A stretch of DNA of 64,000 nt, taken from Escherichia phage vB_EcoM_005. The notes under the pieces are model-generated. The model saw only the letters and a program-made list of their open reading frames with translations, did no database searches and had not been told where the DNA came from. The number at the start of each line of letters is the position of its first letter. Positions within the stretch are counted from its first letter, which is position 1. The DNA lies in the sequence record MK295203. One strand, 5' to 3'. Positions 29,979-40,390 of the stretch are shown here, piece after piece. The position numbers were made by a program, and so were the translations under genes.

Positions 29979-30986
29979 ATGTTCAAGAAATATAGCAGTC
30001 TCGAAAACCACTACAACAGTAAGTTTATCGAAAAACTCCGTACTAATGGTTTGACCAGTGGTGAATGGGTGGCACGTGAGAAGATTCATGGAACCAACTT
30101 TAGTTTAATCATAGAACGTGACGCAGTCACATGCGCCAAGCGCACTGGCCCTATCCTCCCTGCTGAAGATTTCTATGGTTATGAAATTGTACTTAAGAAC
30201 TATGCTGATTCTATTAAATCTGTTCAACATCTAATTGAATCGATTAATTACCAGTCATACCAGATTTATGGCGAATTCGCTGGGCCAGGTATCCAGAAGA
30301 ATGTGGACTACGGTGATAAAGACTTTTATGTGTTCGATATCCGAGTTACTAAGGAAGATGGTTCAGAATCTGTTCTAAGCGATACATTGATGGAAGCCTT
30401 CTGTATTATCCATAAGTTTAAGGTAGCTCCATGTCTGGTCACCGGTAGCTTTGAAGACCTTATTAAATTACCTAATGACTTTGATTCAGTTATTCCTGAT
30501 TATAATTTTGCGGTGGATAACGCTGGCCTAACTATTGCAAACTCAACAGACTTTATTCCTAAGGTAGAAGGTAAAGTATTCACGGCTGAAGGCTTTGTAC
30601 TTAAACCTGATATTCCTACCTGGCTTCCAAATGGAAATCGCGTAGCTATTAAATGCAAGAACTCTAAATTCAGCGAGAAGAAAAAGTCTGATAAGCCTAT
30701 TAAGGTGGCTGTAGTTTTATCACAAGACGATATGGATTTGATGTGGCAATTCACTGATTATGTGACTGTCAACCGCATTAATAATGTCATCAGTAAGATT
30801 GGCGAAGTATCACCGAAGGATTTTGGAAAGGTAATGGGCTTGACCGTCCAGGATATCCTTGAAGAAGCCGCCCGTGAAGAATTAGAATTAACCGATGCAG
30901 AAAATCCTGTTGAAGTTAAAAAGCAGCTCGTTGAGTGTGTAAAAGATACCCTACGAGCCGTATGGATTGAACTAATATCCAAATAA
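29979..30986 (+). CDS. rnlB: RNA ligase 2 (RnlB)
   Basis: 335 aa (T4 334 aa); adenylation motif EKIHGTN. Confidence 0.9.
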   Translation: MFKKYSSLENHYNSKFIEKLRTNGLTSGEWVAREKIHGTNFSLIIERDAVTCAKRTGPILPAEDFYGYEIVLKNYADSIKSVQHLIESINYQSYQIYGEFAGPGIQKNVDYGDKDFYVFDIRVTKEDGSESVLSDTLMEAFCIIHKFKVAPCLVTGSFEDLIKLPNDFDSVIPDYNFAVDNAGLTIANSTDFIPKVEGKVFTAEGFVLKPDIPTWLPNGNRVAIKCKNSKFSEKKKSDKPIKVAVVLSQDDMDLMWQFTDYVTVNRINNVISKIGEVSPKDFGKVMGLTVQDILEEAAREELELTDAENPVEVKKQLVECVKDTLRAVWIELISK

Positions 30987-30993
30987 ATGACAA

Positions 30994-31014
30994 AGGGACC
31001 GTAAGGTCCCTTTT
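30994..31014. terminator. Bidirectional terminator between rnlB (+) and gene 24 (-)
   Basis: AAAGGGACCGTAAGGTCCCTTTTT. Confidence 0.7.
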
Positions 31015-31016
31015 TG

Positions 31017-32297
31017 TTAGTTTAATTCAGTCAAAACTTTAGGAAGTTTCACACCAAGCAATACGGACATATCAGAACGTCCCGCCATCAAATCCATATT
31101 AGTCGCATCAATAATACGGGCTTGTTTATCATCAGAAGTAACCGTATAAGGGTTAGCAGCCAGTGCATAACGAACCATTAATGCAATAGATGGTTGCAGG
31201 CTTTCAGGGTCAACGACCACTTTAAATGTACCCACATGTTCAGGGTCAGCCAAATCGAGGCCTTCTGTATACGGTGCATAGAACAAAGAACCTACTGCTT
31301 CTTTCCCACCAAATTCCTCTTTAACACCTACAGTAACATAATCAATCGGCGTGTTGGTATCACAATACACAGGCAAACCATTTTCCAGGAATCCGTATGC
31401 ATTTGCAGAAAGATATTTGTCGTTCTGTGGGGTATGTCTTAACCAGCCAGAACCAGCCAGAACAGCAGCTACGCGAGTACTCGCTACTACATAAGTTGCC
31501 GTATAAGAGGTTGCGCGCTGGATATGAGAAACCATTTCACAAACTAACTCATAAAGCTTGCGAGAAGCTTCCGGTGAGTTAGCATAACTCAGGTCAATTA
31601 AGCCATCATCACACAAACCTTCAACTTTATAACGCTTGGAAACCGTAACCAGGGACTGAAGAATATCTTTGTTGATTTCATCAGCCATTTCAGTAGCCAG
31701 GAGGTCTTCCAAGAAATTAGGGGCATCGAAACCATTTGCTTCGAGGTCTTGAGCCAGTTCTACAGTAACAGTACTCTTCAACTTACGGGATTTAACTGGA
31801 GCGTTCCATTTATTAACGACGAATTTGGCTTCAGAAACATCTACATCCTGGAGGCCTTCAAAACGCTCAGTCAGTGCGGCTTCGGACATAATACGAATAG
31901 TCAACTTAACAATAGCTTCTTGAAGTTGTTCGTATTCATCGCCAGTAGCACCTGCAAATGGTGTTGCTACCAAAGCTTTATAAACTACGTTTTCAAATTG
32001 GAACAAATCATCTTTAGCGTAAACAGCACCCGCAGTGAAAACTGGGATAGAGGCACGGTCTTTAGCGGATACTGCACCGGAATAAGTAGCACCTGTCTGG
32101 AAAGATAATTCGTTTTTTTCTGTAAGATATTTGATACCATATAGAGCAGCCAAAGGTTGGTTAGTACGCTGCTGAGCTACAAGGTCGGTATAAATCAGTT
32201 TGGTCGTAGCTCTGGTTAAAGCTACTAAATTTGGACGACCAATCGAAGAACTCGAAGTAGTGGTCGACTCTTTTAAAAGGTCGTTAATTTTAGCCAT
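31017..32297 (-). CDS. 24: Capsid vertex protein gp24
   Basis: 426 aa (T4 427 aa), gp23-like fold. Confidence 0.88.
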   Translation of the reverse strand: MAKINDLLKESTTTSSSSIGRPNLVALTRATTKLIYTDLVAQQRTNQPLAALYGIKYLTEKNELSFQTGATYSGAVSAKDRASIPVFTAGAVYAKDDLFQFENVVYKALVATPFAGATGDEYEQLQEAIVKLTIRIMSEAALTERFEGLQDVDVSEAKFVVNKWNAPVKSRKLKSTVTVELAQDLEANGFDAPNFLEDLLATEMADEINKDILQSLVTVSKRYKVEGLCDDGLIDLSYANSPEASRKLYELVCEMVSHIQRATSYTATYVVASTRVAAVLAGSGWLRHTPQNDKYLSANAYGFLENGLPVYCDTNTPIDYVTVGVKEEFGGKEAVGSLFYAPYTEGLDLADPEHVGTFKVVVDPESLQPSIALMVRYALAANPYTVTSDDKQARIIDATNMDLMAGRSDMSVLLGVKLPKVLTELN

Positions 32298-32326
32298 TGC
32301 TATTTTCCTTTGTGGAGTAATAAGTT

Positions 32327-32344
32327 TATTTATAATTATTTATA
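32327..32344 (-). promoter_or_regulatory. Two tandem late promoters (TATAAATA) for gene 24
   Basis: + strand TATTTATAATTATTTATA is the reverse complement of two TATAAATA boxes upstream of the gp24 start. Confidence 0.6.
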
Positions 32345-32351
32345 AAAGTTG

Positions 32352-32380
32352 TTTACAGCAGGCAGGCCACGTGATACTAT
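32352..32380 (+). promoter_or_regulatory. T4-type early promoter (GTTTACA-N17-TACTAT)
   Basis: GTTTACAGCAGGCAGGCCACGTGATACTAT followed by AGACCTATCAA (same 19-mer as at 5743). Confidence 0.55.
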
Positions 32381-32409
32381 AGACCTATCAAAACATGAGG
32401 AGATTAAAA

Positions 32410-32676
32410 ATGAACAAATTAAACTTTATCCGTACTACACTTTCTAACCTTGACAAAGACATCAAAGCTCTGGTAGAAAAATTCGGTACCAATCCTAATG
32501 GTAATGCAGTTAATGCATTGGTTAAGAAATACGAAGCTCTGGCTTATGAAACTGATTTCTGGTGGAACGGTGAATACTCTACCCATACCAAAGACAAATC
32601 TGGTAACTGGCTGAAAATCCAAGAAAATCGTATTGACTTCCGTGATATCATCAACCGTCGTGTCAAAGCAGCGTAA
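32410..32676 (+). CDS. Hypothetical protein
   Basis: Start MNKLNFIRTT with RBS GAGGAG; track ORF 32395..32676. Confidence 0.5.
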   Translation: MNKLNFIRTTLSNLDKDIKALVEKFGTNPNGNAVNALVKKYEALAYETDFWWNGEYSTHTKDKSGNWLKIQENRIDFRDIINRRVKAA

Positions 32677-32679
32677 AAT

Positions 32680-33339
32680 ATGAATTATTTAATTTACAAA
32701 ATAACCAATCTCATTAATAACAAGATTTATGTTGGAGCCCATGCCACTACAGATGTTAACGATTCTTATATGGGTTCTGGGGTTAACATAGTAAAATCCA
32801 TAAAGAAGCACGGTTTAGAGAATTTTAAAAAGGAAATCCTTTTCAATTTCGAAACACCTGAAGAGATGTATGCTAAGGAAGCCGAACTAGTTGATGAGGC
32901 TTTTGTCATGAGAACAGATACTTATAATGCTGCCTTAGGCGGTAAGGGTAATCCTGTTATAGTAGCTTTACAGGAACCCGGGTATCGTGAGATGTTATCC
33001 GAAAAGACCAAGGCCGGTATGACCAAGGAAGTAAGGGCCAAAATGTCTAAATCGAAAACAGGTTCTAAAGAATCCAAAGAGCACCGAGAAAACAAATCTA
33101 TAGCTAATAAAAAGTTTTACGAGAATAGGGATTCTCATCTTAAAGGTAGGAAACTATCAGAAGAACATAAAGCCAAAATTAGAAAGAATTCTAATAAAGG
33201 TAAGAAATTCGTATTTGTGGATATTTCTATTAAAGGTCATGAATTTAGCCATTACGATTACGCTGCCGAATTCTTTAACGTATCCGCAAAAACTATAAGA
33301 AATTGGATTAATGAACGCGATGATTGTTTTAAGCTATAG
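32680..33339 (+). CDS. segD: GIY-YIG homing endonuclease (SegD-like, between 24 and 23)
   Basis: MNYLIYKITNLINNKIYVGAH... GIY-YIG motif; same intergenic position as T4 segD. Confidence 0.8.
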   Translation: MNYLIYKITNLINNKIYVGAHATTDVNDSYMGSGVNIVKSIKKHGLENFKKEILFNFETPEEMYAKEAELVDEAFVMRTDTYNAALGGKGNPVIVALQEPGYREMLSEKTKAGMTKEVRAKMSKSKTGSKESKEHRENKSIANKKFYENRDSHLKGRKLSEEHKAKIRKNSNKGKKFVFVDISIKGHEFSHYDYAAEFFNVSAKTIRNWINERDDCFKL

Positions 33340-33349
33340 AAACAAGAAT

Positions 33350-33375
33350 GGGAGACCGAAGTCTCCCAAATATTT
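33350..33375 (+). terminator. Rho-independent terminator
   Basis: GGGAGACCGAAGTCTCCC followed by AAATATTTTT. Confidence 0.6.
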
Positions 33376-33436
33376 TTAAGAATTAATAACTTATGTTATT
33401 AAATTCCCTTAACGTAGACACGTCTAAAGTAACCAT

Positions 33437-34825
33437 TCAGACCGAGGCTGTTAACGATGTCAGGCATACCGCTCTGAATACGTTTGGTAGGAGCCTGTGC
33501 AGACGGGTCAGCGAACGGGTTGATACTGTGAAGTAATCGGAACGTGCATACTGGTCGATGTAAACGCGATATTTACCACCAAGAACACCGGCAAATACTG
33601 CTTTGGTTGTGTCAACGTTGAAACCCTGACCCAGACCTTGAGCTGCATAACTTACAGAAGTATCAACTGCAGCCAGTACGTTAACTACGTTACGGGAAGC
33701 GATGATGAAGTTACCAGCACCACGACCGGTCTGACGAGCGATTTCGGCTGCTTCTTTATCAATCTGGAACAGAAGGGCTTTAAAGCTCTCACCGGCCCAA
33801 CGAGCACCACGGATATCAATCGGGTCCTGGAAGTCAAACACACCAGCTTTAGCGCCAACGGTGTTGGTCATACCAGATTTACCAACCTGTGCAGAGTAGT
33901 TAATCCAATCGATAACTTCACGGTTGATTTCGAGCATAATTTCGGTAGCAAGGATACCGGACAGTTCAGCATCTGCATCCATACCGTGTACTGCACGAAG
34001 GTCCTGTGCCAGTTCGATAGAATAGCTTGCTTTCAGCTGACGGGATTTAGCTTCGATAACTTGTTTGTCGATGCGGAAGCCCATTTCGTTCCACGGGTTA
34101 TCCTGGGAACCGTTAAAGCCTTCCTGAAGTTCAGCGATAGAAGTAGCCATACCTTCAGCCAATTCAGCCAACTTACCAGCTTCAATCAAAGCGGTAACAG
34201 CAGCATCCAGTTTAGCGGCATCAGTAGCAGCAGCATCAACGGTTACAGCTTCAACAGCCTGGAAGTGTGCAGCACCGGTAGCTTCGAAGAAGTGAGAATA
34301 AATTTTACCAACTTCCAGAACTTTGCTTGCAGCCAGTGCTTCGAAAGATTCAGCAGCACCCTGACCAGAGAACATAGCGTTCGGAGCATACATCGGGTGG
34401 AAAGCTTCTTTAGCGCCAGCAGCGATAGGGTCTTTACCATAAACTGCGCGCAGGGCAAATACCTGGCCGGTAGGGTTATTCAGAGGCTGAACACCACAAA
34501 TATCAAAAGCAATCAGATGAGGAATAGCACGACGAACCATACCCATTACTGCAGGCCCAATCTGAGTTACAGCACCAGAAGTCTGGCCAGCTGCGATATT
34601 GGTAGCATCATAACCGTGGTCACCGCCAATTTCAGCTTCGGTCAGGAAAGAACCAAATGCTTCAGAGATTTTTTCATCACGGTATTCCGGAGCAGTCAGG
34701 ATGTCTTGTTCCTGGTTTTCGAAAATTTTAGCGATGATAGCTTGTTTAGAAGCACCTACGATTTCAGGAAGAGCTTCGTTTTCCAGCAGAGCGGACCATT
34801 TTTGAACTAATGCATTCTTTTTCAT
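33437..34825 (-). CDS. 23: Major capsid protein gp23, C-terminally frame-disrupted
   Basis: N-terminal ~425 aa colinear with T4 gp23 up to ...YIDQYARSDYFTV; the track ORF then ends in non-homologous residues, while the conserved C-terminus INPFADPSAQAPTKRIQSGMPDIVNSLGLNGYFRRVYVKGI* lies in another frame ending ~33409. Confidence 0.85.
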   Translation of the reverse strand: MKKNALVQKWSALLENEALPEIVGASKQAIIAKIFENQEQDILTAPEYRDEKISEAFGSFLTEAEIGGDHGYDATNIAAGQTSGAVTQIGPAVMGMVRRAIPHLIAFDICGVQPLNNPTGQVFALRAVYGKDPIAAGAKEAFHPMYAPNAMFSGQGAAESFEALAASKVLEVGKIYSHFFEATGAAHFQAVEAVTVDAAATDAAKLDAAVTALIEAGKLAELAEGMATSIAELQEGFNGSQDNPWNEMGFRIDKQVIEAKSRQLKASYSIELAQDLRAVHGMDADAELSGILATEIMLEINREVIDWINYSAQVGKSGMTNTVGAKAGVFDFQDPIDIRGARWAGESFKALLFQIDKEAAEIARQTGRGAGNFIIASRNVVNVLAAVDTSVSYAAQGLGQGFNVDTTKAVFAGVLGGKYRVYIDQYARSDYFTVSTRSLTRLHRLLPNVFRAVCLTSLTASV

Positions 34826-34846
34826 GTGTTGTATAACCTTATTAAA

Positions 34847-35563
34847 TTAAGAAATTCGTGATGCTGCGATTGCAGACAGGTCCGCGAAGGACAGGGTAGG
34901 CTTAGCGCCTTTTTCTTCAACTGCTTCTGAAATGTAATTCAGTGCCGCAGCATCGTCTACATTTTTATTTATAGCGGCTTCGGTGATTGGGTTTTCAACG
35001 TCAGTTTCAGTCAGGTCTTTAGTTGCTTCCGTAACAGCAACTTCACGCTGTACGTAATTAATATACGCGTCGCGCTTACCAACTTCTTCGAACAGACGAG
35101 CGGTTTCATCTTTCTGCTCTTGGAGTTCTTCTTCCATTTCAGCAACAACATCTACTGCTTCTTCTGGAACAACCACATTGTGTTCAACAAACAGTTCTTT
35201 CATACCCATCAACATGGATTCGAACAGTTCGGCTTTAATACCTTTATCAACAGCCAGCTGGTTTTCAGCCATCCATTCTTTAGCAACGTGGTCAAGGAAA
35301 CGACCGGCAGCTTCTTGGATTTTCTTATCGGCTTTTTCTTCAGCTTCTTCTTTATTTTTCTCTACTTCTTCTTCCGCTTTTTCAGCGATTTTAGCGATGT
35401 GAGATTCAGCCAGTTTCACGGCGTGTTGCTTGACGGTAGCTTCGAATACAGTGCCGAAAGTTTCTTTTGCTTCCGGAGAAATATTAACTGATTCGAAAAT
35501 ACTATCAAGAGCAACGGAAGCATCAATATTCTGTGCTTCGGCGATCAGTTGTTCTTTAAGCAT
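34847..35563 (-). CDS. 22: Prohead core scaffold protein gp22
   Basis: 238 aa acidic helical protein (T4 269 aa); synteny. Confidence 0.75.
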   Translation of the reverse strand: MLKEQLIAEAQNIDASVALDSIFESVNISPEAKETFGTVFEATVKQHAVKLAESHIAKIAEKAEEEVEKNKEEAEEKADKKIQEAAGRFLDHVAKEWMAENQLAVDKGIKAELFESMLMGMKELFVEHNVVVPEEAVDVVAEMEEELQEQKDETARLFEEVGKRDAYINYVQREVAVTEATKDLTETDVENPITEAAINKNVDDAAALNYISEAVEEKGAKPTLSFADLSAIAASRIS

Positions 35564-35590
35564 TTTGTAGTCCTGTTGTTTAGATAATAA

Positions 35591-35598
35591 TATTTATA
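35591..35598 (-). promoter_or_regulatory. Late promoter (TATAAATA) for gene 22
   Basis: + strand TATTTATA is the reverse complement of TATAAATA, ~30 nt upstream of the gp22 start. Confidence 0.5.
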
Positions 35599-36229
35599 AC
35601 GCTTTTTTCATGGCCTCTGCGAGAGCCATAAAGGCGTCATCGGCACTGGTATCGGTTTCTACCGTTTGTGATTCTGTAATTTGCTTTGGAGTTACATAAG
35701 CATCAGGAGCAGATGGTCCCCATACTGCATCAACACCGACGGTTAATTTATAACCTTCGTTTACACGCTTATATCCTTTGTTGGTTTCGGTTAAAGAACC
35801 AAGACCACGAGAACTAACACCAGGAACCCAACCAGCACGGATATTTGCAGCTAGTTTATCACCTGGGCCATGGTCACCTTCGATGATACGTGCACGTCCA
35901 TAAACATCATTACCTTTCCACCACATATCTTCAATAATAATAGCGGCTTGCATAGGGTCAACGTTAGCACGAGGTGGGTGGTTTAATTCTCCTAAAGCTT
36001 GTTTAGTAGCAACCTGTTCCGCCATATAATCGGCAACGGCTTTTTCCAAAATAGGTTTTGGGTAAAGGCGTTTATTACGGTTAACTACCTCTGCTTGCAT
36101 GAAAATGCCTTCTATATAAAGGCCGGGAGCAAGCCCAGAATTTTTTCCATCATGAGATTCCAACATAGGAACCCCATCGATAATTTCACCTGGTTGTCCC
36201 CAATGTTCGATGAGCAATTCAGGTTTCAT
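35594..36229 (-). CDS. 21: Prohead protease gp21
   Basis: 211 aa (T4 212 aa); synteny. Confidence 0.85.
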   Translation of the reverse strand: MKPELLIEHWGQPGEIIDGVPMLESHDGKNSGLAPGLYIEGIFMQAEVVNRNKRLYPKPILEKAVADYMAEQVATKQALGELNHPPRANVDPMQAAIIIEDMWWKGNDVYGRARIIEGDHGPGDKLAANIRAGWVPGVSSRGLGSLTETNKGYKRVNEGYKLTVGVDAVWGPSAPDAYVTPKQITESQTVETDTSADDAFMALAEAMKKAL

Positions 36230-36657
36230 TAGTTAAGTCCAAAAGCTTTACGTTTAGAACGGGCTTTCTTACGCTTACGTTCAGCACGCACTTGAGTAGA
36301 TGGATTAGCACGTTTGGTTTTAGATGCTTTACGAGCAATCTGACGGCGTTTTGCTTTAGATAAACCTGTCGTTTGGAACGCATTACGTTGACGGGTTTTA
36401 ATATCTTTAGTACGAGTAAGCTCACCTTTAGAGGAAACGTGTTTAACGATAAATTCGTTAAGAGCCATTGATTCATTTAAAGAACCAAGAGCGATAGCAC
36501 ATTCGATATCGCCTTCAGCAATCATGTTCTCTACAAGATTATTTATATCGCTTTTCTCGAGCGCTTCAGAAAGAGCAGCAAAACGTCCCTGTGCTTCTGG
36601 AATTTTAGCCTCTACGCTTTCTAGAGTTAATTCGTAATCATCAGGGATAAGGAACAT
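36229..36657 (-). CDS. 68: Prohead core protein gp68
   Basis: 142 aa (T4 141 aa); synteny. Confidence 0.7.
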   Translation of the reverse strand: MFLIPDDYELTLESVEAKIPEAQGRFAALSEALEKSDINNLVENMIAEGDIECAIALGSLNESMALNEFIVKHVSSKGELTRTKDIKTRQRNAFQTTGLSKAKRRQIARKASKTKRANPSTQVRAERKRKKARSKRKAFGLN

Positions 36658-36926
36658 TATTCGTCGTCCTCGTCTTCGTCTTTATCATCACCTTCATCCG
36701 CATCGTCAGATTCTTTTTTGTCTTTCTTATCTGCTTTATCGGATTTTTTGTCATCTTCGTCTTCGTCATCTTTGTCGGCTTCTTCGCCTTCAATCATAAC
36801 GGAGCGAGCAATTTCTGCTTTACGGGCTTCAATCAAAGCGGCTACTCGAGATTCGATAAGCGGGCCTGCTGCTTTACGAACTGCTACGAGGTCGTTTGAT
36901 TTAATAGCTTCGATTAAATCTTCCAT
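36657..36926 (-). CDS. 67: Prohead core protein gp67 (highly acidic C-terminus)
   Basis: 89 aa with D/E/K-rich tail; synteny. Confidence 0.7.
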   Translation of the reverse strand: MEDLIEAIKSNDLVAVRKAAGPLIESRVAALIEARKAEIARSVMIEGEEADKDDEDEDDKKSDKADKKDKKESDDADEGDDKDEDEDDE

Positions 36927-38500
36927 TAGAAATCCTCTTCTTCTTCATCTGGGTTTTGGAAACGAGCCTCTTTAGACTCTTCTTCAATTTGCTTAGCTTC
37001 TTGATTAATTTCTTCGTCAGTCATTTGGAGGAAATCTTTCATAGCCGTTTGATGTGAAATGTACTTACCAATAAATGGTTCAGCCATCGTTAGCATATTG
37101 ATTCTGCGTTCCATGATTTCAGCATCTTTCATTTCACTGAAATAGCTATCACGGTTAAACGTAACTTTAATATTATTTATTTCCTTTTCCCACTCATCTT
37201 CTGTAATAATCTTTTTAAGAATGAGGTTTGTTTTTAACGGGTCTAGGAAAATTTCTTCAAATTTGTTTTGTAACTGACGAATCCATTTAGAGAATTTTAA
37301 TTCGTCACGAGTGATTGCTGTACCGGCATCAAACATAACACCAGAATTGGACTCGCTAGGGATACGTGATTCAGGAACACGCAGCGCACGATAAAGTGCT
37401 GTGCGGAAATAAAGAACGTCGTCCATATCACTCATACCAGTAGCGCCTGGCATTGTATCAACTTCTGTAACCGCTTTACCATCACGACGTTGCAACCAAT
37501 AGTCTTCAGTCATGGACATATTGTGTTGTTGGTTTTTAATTTTACCTGTCGAAGCATCATACACCACACGGTTTTTCATCGTGTTCATGATATGTTGCAT
37601 TTGTGCTGCAGCCTTACGTGAAGGCATATTACCTGTATCGATATAAAACACACGACGGTCAGGAGCACGTGTAATACGGTAGATGACCATTGCGTCTTCC
37701 ATCAATTTAAGCTGGTTTGCAGGCTTAATAGCACGTTGCAAATAGCCAATGATGTTTTTACCACAACAATCTAATAATCCAGAATGAGCATAAACCACTG
37801 CAGCACGAGGAATTTTAACTTTAGTCCCGGCTGAATAAATGCGTCCATCAGCGCAATAACTTTCATGGCCTGTATCATAAACGAAAAACTCGCGATATCC
37901 GTCTACAACTTTAACGCCATCTTCCATACGTGTAACGATTTCACGAATATATTGGACTTGGCGTGGGTCTAAGCGACGAAGCTCTTGTACGCCATCTTTC
38001 ATTTTTTTAGGGTTTATAATTTTATGAAAGAAAATTCTTGAGTCTACATACCAGCGTTGGAAATGGTCAGTACCTTTACGTTGGAAATTTAAAAGGTTTA
38101 AAACTTCACTGAATTCGGCCAAGATTTTATCTTTAATTGCTTGACTAAATTCTGTCCCGTCTAAATTCAATGCAACTACTTCTTTATCATCCTCATAGAC
38201 AATAGCGTCAGACACAATTTCCTGTACGGCGTTGTCGACTTCATAGTTGTTCATTAAATTACGGTAGGTATCAATAAGTTCCCTGGTATTTTTAACTTCA
38301 GGCTCATTACTACCAAACATCTGTTGCATAAGAGCATTATAAGGAATATTTTGCTCTTGTGTCTCAATTTCGCGAGCGCCATCATCAAGCTTAGGTGCGG
38401 TGACAGACTCTAAATTGTTATTAATTTGTTGTTTATATTCTTTTTCGTCTTCATTAGCCCATGGCTTAAGAAAACTTAATATTGTATTAAAGTTTGCCAT
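36926..38500 (-). CDS. 20: Portal vertex protein gp20
   Basis: 524 aa, identical in length to T4 gp20; synteny. Confidence 0.88.
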   Translation of the reverse strand: MANFNTILSFLKPWANEDEKEYKQQINNNLESVTAPKLDDGAREIETQEQNIPYNALMQQMFGSNEPEVKNTRELIDTYRNLMNNYEVDNAVQEIVSDAIVYEDDKEVVALNLDGTEFSQAIKDKILAEFSEVLNLLNFQRKGTDHFQRWYVDSRIFFHKIINPKKMKDGVQELRRLDPRQVQYIREIVTRMEDGVKVVDGYREFFVYDTGHESYCADGRIYSAGTKVKIPRAAVVYAHSGLLDCCGKNIIGYLQRAIKPANQLKLMEDAMVIYRITRAPDRRVFYIDTGNMPSRKAAAQMQHIMNTMKNRVVYDASTGKIKNQQHNMSMTEDYWLQRRDGKAVTEVDTMPGATGMSDMDDVLYFRTALYRALRVPESRIPSESNSGVMFDAGTAITRDELKFSKWIRQLQNKFEEIFLDPLKTNLILKKIITEDEWEKEINNIKVTFNRDSYFSEMKDAEIMERRINMLTMAEPFIGKYISHQTAMKDFLQMTDEEINQEAKQIEEESKEARFQNPDEEEEDF

Positions 38501-38548
38501 TAGAGTCTCCGATGAATGGGATAAGGAGCCGAAGCTCCTTGATAATTC

Positions 38549-38556
38549 TATTTATA
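38549..38556 (-). promoter_or_regulatory. Late promoter (TATAAATA) for gene 20
   Basis: + strand TATTTATA between the seg stop and the gp20 start. Confidence 0.5.
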
Positions 38557-38557
38557 C

Positions 38558-39139
38558 TCATTCATTTTCATGTTTGTGATAACGTGTTATAGCCGAACGA
38601 GTTGATTCAACACCACAGATAGGGCAAATCATCCTTGGCTGATTAATCTTTTTGCCTTTAGCCGGATGTTCTTTACCAAACATCGGATTACCTTCACCAG
38701 ACATAGCTTTGGCTTGGTCTGGTCGCTTACGTCCTTTTAGAGCTTTAGAATGTTCAGGCCTCTTTTTACCTAACCTACAATCTCTTTGTAGCTGTTTGGC
38801 ATGTTCACTCATTGGAATCCCTTTACGAGACATTCCAAAGAACCCGTCAGGCTGAGCTAATGACATATTTATATAGTTTTTAGATTTAACTACATTATAC
38901 TTTATTTGAAGCTCTTTCTCAGCTATACGAGCTTCTTTATCGGTTTCAAATAAAGATAAAATTCTGGTTTTGAAAAGGTGCGGATTTTCTTTACGTTCTA
39001 GATTCCAAATCTTTTTATATGCTTGGGATAATACAGAACCATTATATCCTTCTTTGAGAATCCTTTCAACGTATGTTGAGCCAATATAACGACGGGGTAG
39101 TTTAGACCCCGTGTATATGGTTAAGTAAGTACAATACAT
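38558..39139 (-). CDS. GIY-YIG-type homing endonuclease (Seg-like) between genes 19 and 20
   Basis: YLTIYTGSKLPRRYIGST GIY-YIG-like N-terminus; repeated GKKRPEHSKALKGRKRP basic (NUMOD3-like) repeats; C-terminal CPICG zinc finger; T4 has no gene here. Confidence 0.7.
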   Translation of the reverse strand: MYCTYLTIYTGSKLPRRYIGSTYVERILKEGYNGSVLSQAYKKIWNLERKENPHLFKTRILSLFETDKEARIAEKELQIKYNVVKSKNYINMSLAQPDGFFGMSRKGIPMSEHAKQLQRDCRLGKKRPEHSKALKGRKRPDQAKAMSGEGNPMFGKEHPAKGKKINQPRMICPICGVESTRSAITRYHKHENE

Positions 39140-39159
39140 TCTAAACTCCTTGACTTCAT

Positions 39160-39167
39160 TGTTTGAA
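39160..39167 (-). promoter_or_regulatory. Late promoter (TATAAATA) upstream of seg
   Basis: + strand TATTTATA between the gp19 stop and the seg start. Confidence 0.5.
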
Positions 39168-39206
39168 TGTATTTATACTATCATAATTTGCTATAAAAGT
39201 AAAAAC

Positions 39207-39698
39207 TTATTCCCACCAGTCAATAGCAAATGTGCTTTCAAATGTTTCTACCTCGTTATTCGAGTCCCAGTCCATCTGGACTTCACCAACGTTAGTAGGC
39301 CATAAGCCGTAAATTGTAACTTCTTTGGTCACAGTCTTGCCGTCACGATGGAACTGGCGAACTACTGCTTGTTTCTTATATTCTGCAGGTGCTGCACCGG
39401 TAATTTCATTGGTCATACCGTGACAGAGATTCTGCCAATCGACAATTGCTTGACGGGTGTCATGTGCATCATCGTTATAAATGGTAATTGTCCAATCATC
39501 AAACGTACGGTCACCAGCTACGTTAATTTTACGGTTCATGTAGCCAACCGGTACTTTTTCTACAATGCCTGCCGGCATAGGTGCTGCTTTACATTTAAAG
39601 CTAAAGTTTTTACCCAGAAATGGAATTTCCACTTCGAAAAGGTTAGGGCGTGCAAAGTCACCTGACTCGAAGGCCCTAGTGATATCCGTAAGTTCCAT
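39207..39698 (-). CDS. 19: Tail tube protein gp19
   Basis: 163 aa, identical in length to T4 gp19. Confidence 0.88.
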   Translation of the reverse strand: MELTDITRAFESGDFARPNLFEVEIPFLGKNFSFKCKAAPMPAGIVEKVPVGYMNRKINVAGDRTFDDWTITIYNDDAHDTRQAIVDWQNLCHGMTNEITGAAPAEYKKQAVVRQFHRDGKTVTKEVTIYGLWPTNVGEVQMDWDSNNEVETFESTFAIDWWE

Positions 39699-39701
39699 AA
39701 G

Positions 39702-40385
39702 TTAGTGTTTCCTATCATATTCTTCAATTAAATGGAATAGCATATCTAAATCTATACTATTTTTAGAATCTTTACTTCGATTCTTTTCCCAAGGAATCAT
39801 TTCTAGATTGCAAATGTGTCCTATTATTTCGGGAGGGACGCCATTTTCAAATCCATATTTGATAGATACCCTATGGTCTAATTGATAAGCTCCTTTAACA
39901 CCACATATCCCGCTTAGATGTCTATTTGGTAGATTATCAACTTCTTCTTTAAAAGTCTTATTAGTAAAAGACCTCACTGAATAATAATATTTATTACGTT
40001 CAGATTTGTTAGGATTCCATCTTCCGTTTTTAGGTCCTGAACAAGCTTCAATCTTTATACCTTTTTTAGACTTAGAAATTTTAGGCCCTTTGGTTTTACG
40101 GATTTTTATGCCTTCATCAGAATTCCAATATTCTTTTCTTGTTTCTGAATAGACTTCCCAACGATGCTCTTTACAGAACTTAGAATTGGTTTCATTAAGT
40201 CGCCCTTTTGTTACAGTATAATAAATGCCACATTTATCACATTTACACGTAACAGCCATTTTTCCAGGACAGTCTTCTAATTTTATTAAATGGGAGCTTC
40301 CACTTTTAACTTGATATCCAAGATTTTTAAAAGCAGAAACATTGCGATTCGTTATAGGTATTTCAAATAGAGTATTAGTAATCAT
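39702..40385 (-). CDS. HNH homing endonuclease between genes 18 and 19
   Basis: YQLDHRVSIKYG...GHICNLEMIPWEKNRSK HNH (His-Me finger) motif; N-terminal CKCDKCG...CKEH zinc finger; T4 genes 18 and 19 are adjacent. Confidence 0.75.
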   Translation of the reverse strand: MITNTLFEIPITNRNVSAFKNLGYQVKSGSSHLIKLEDCPGKMAVTCKCDKCGIYYTVTKGRLNETNSKFCKEHRWEVYSETRKEYWNSDEGIKIRKTKGPKISKSKKGIKIEACSGPKNGRWNPNKSERNKYYYSVRSFTNKTFKEEVDNLPNRHLSGICGVKGAYQLDHRVSIKYGFENGVPPEIIGHICNLEMIPWEKNRSKDSKNSIDLDMLFHLIEEYDRKH

Positions 40386-40390
40386 ACTTA

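Noticed and set aside
33638-34810. 390-aa ORF on the + strand
   Set aside because: Lies entirely antisense to the highly conserved gene 23; low-complexity S/T/F-rich translation; a spurious shadow ORF.
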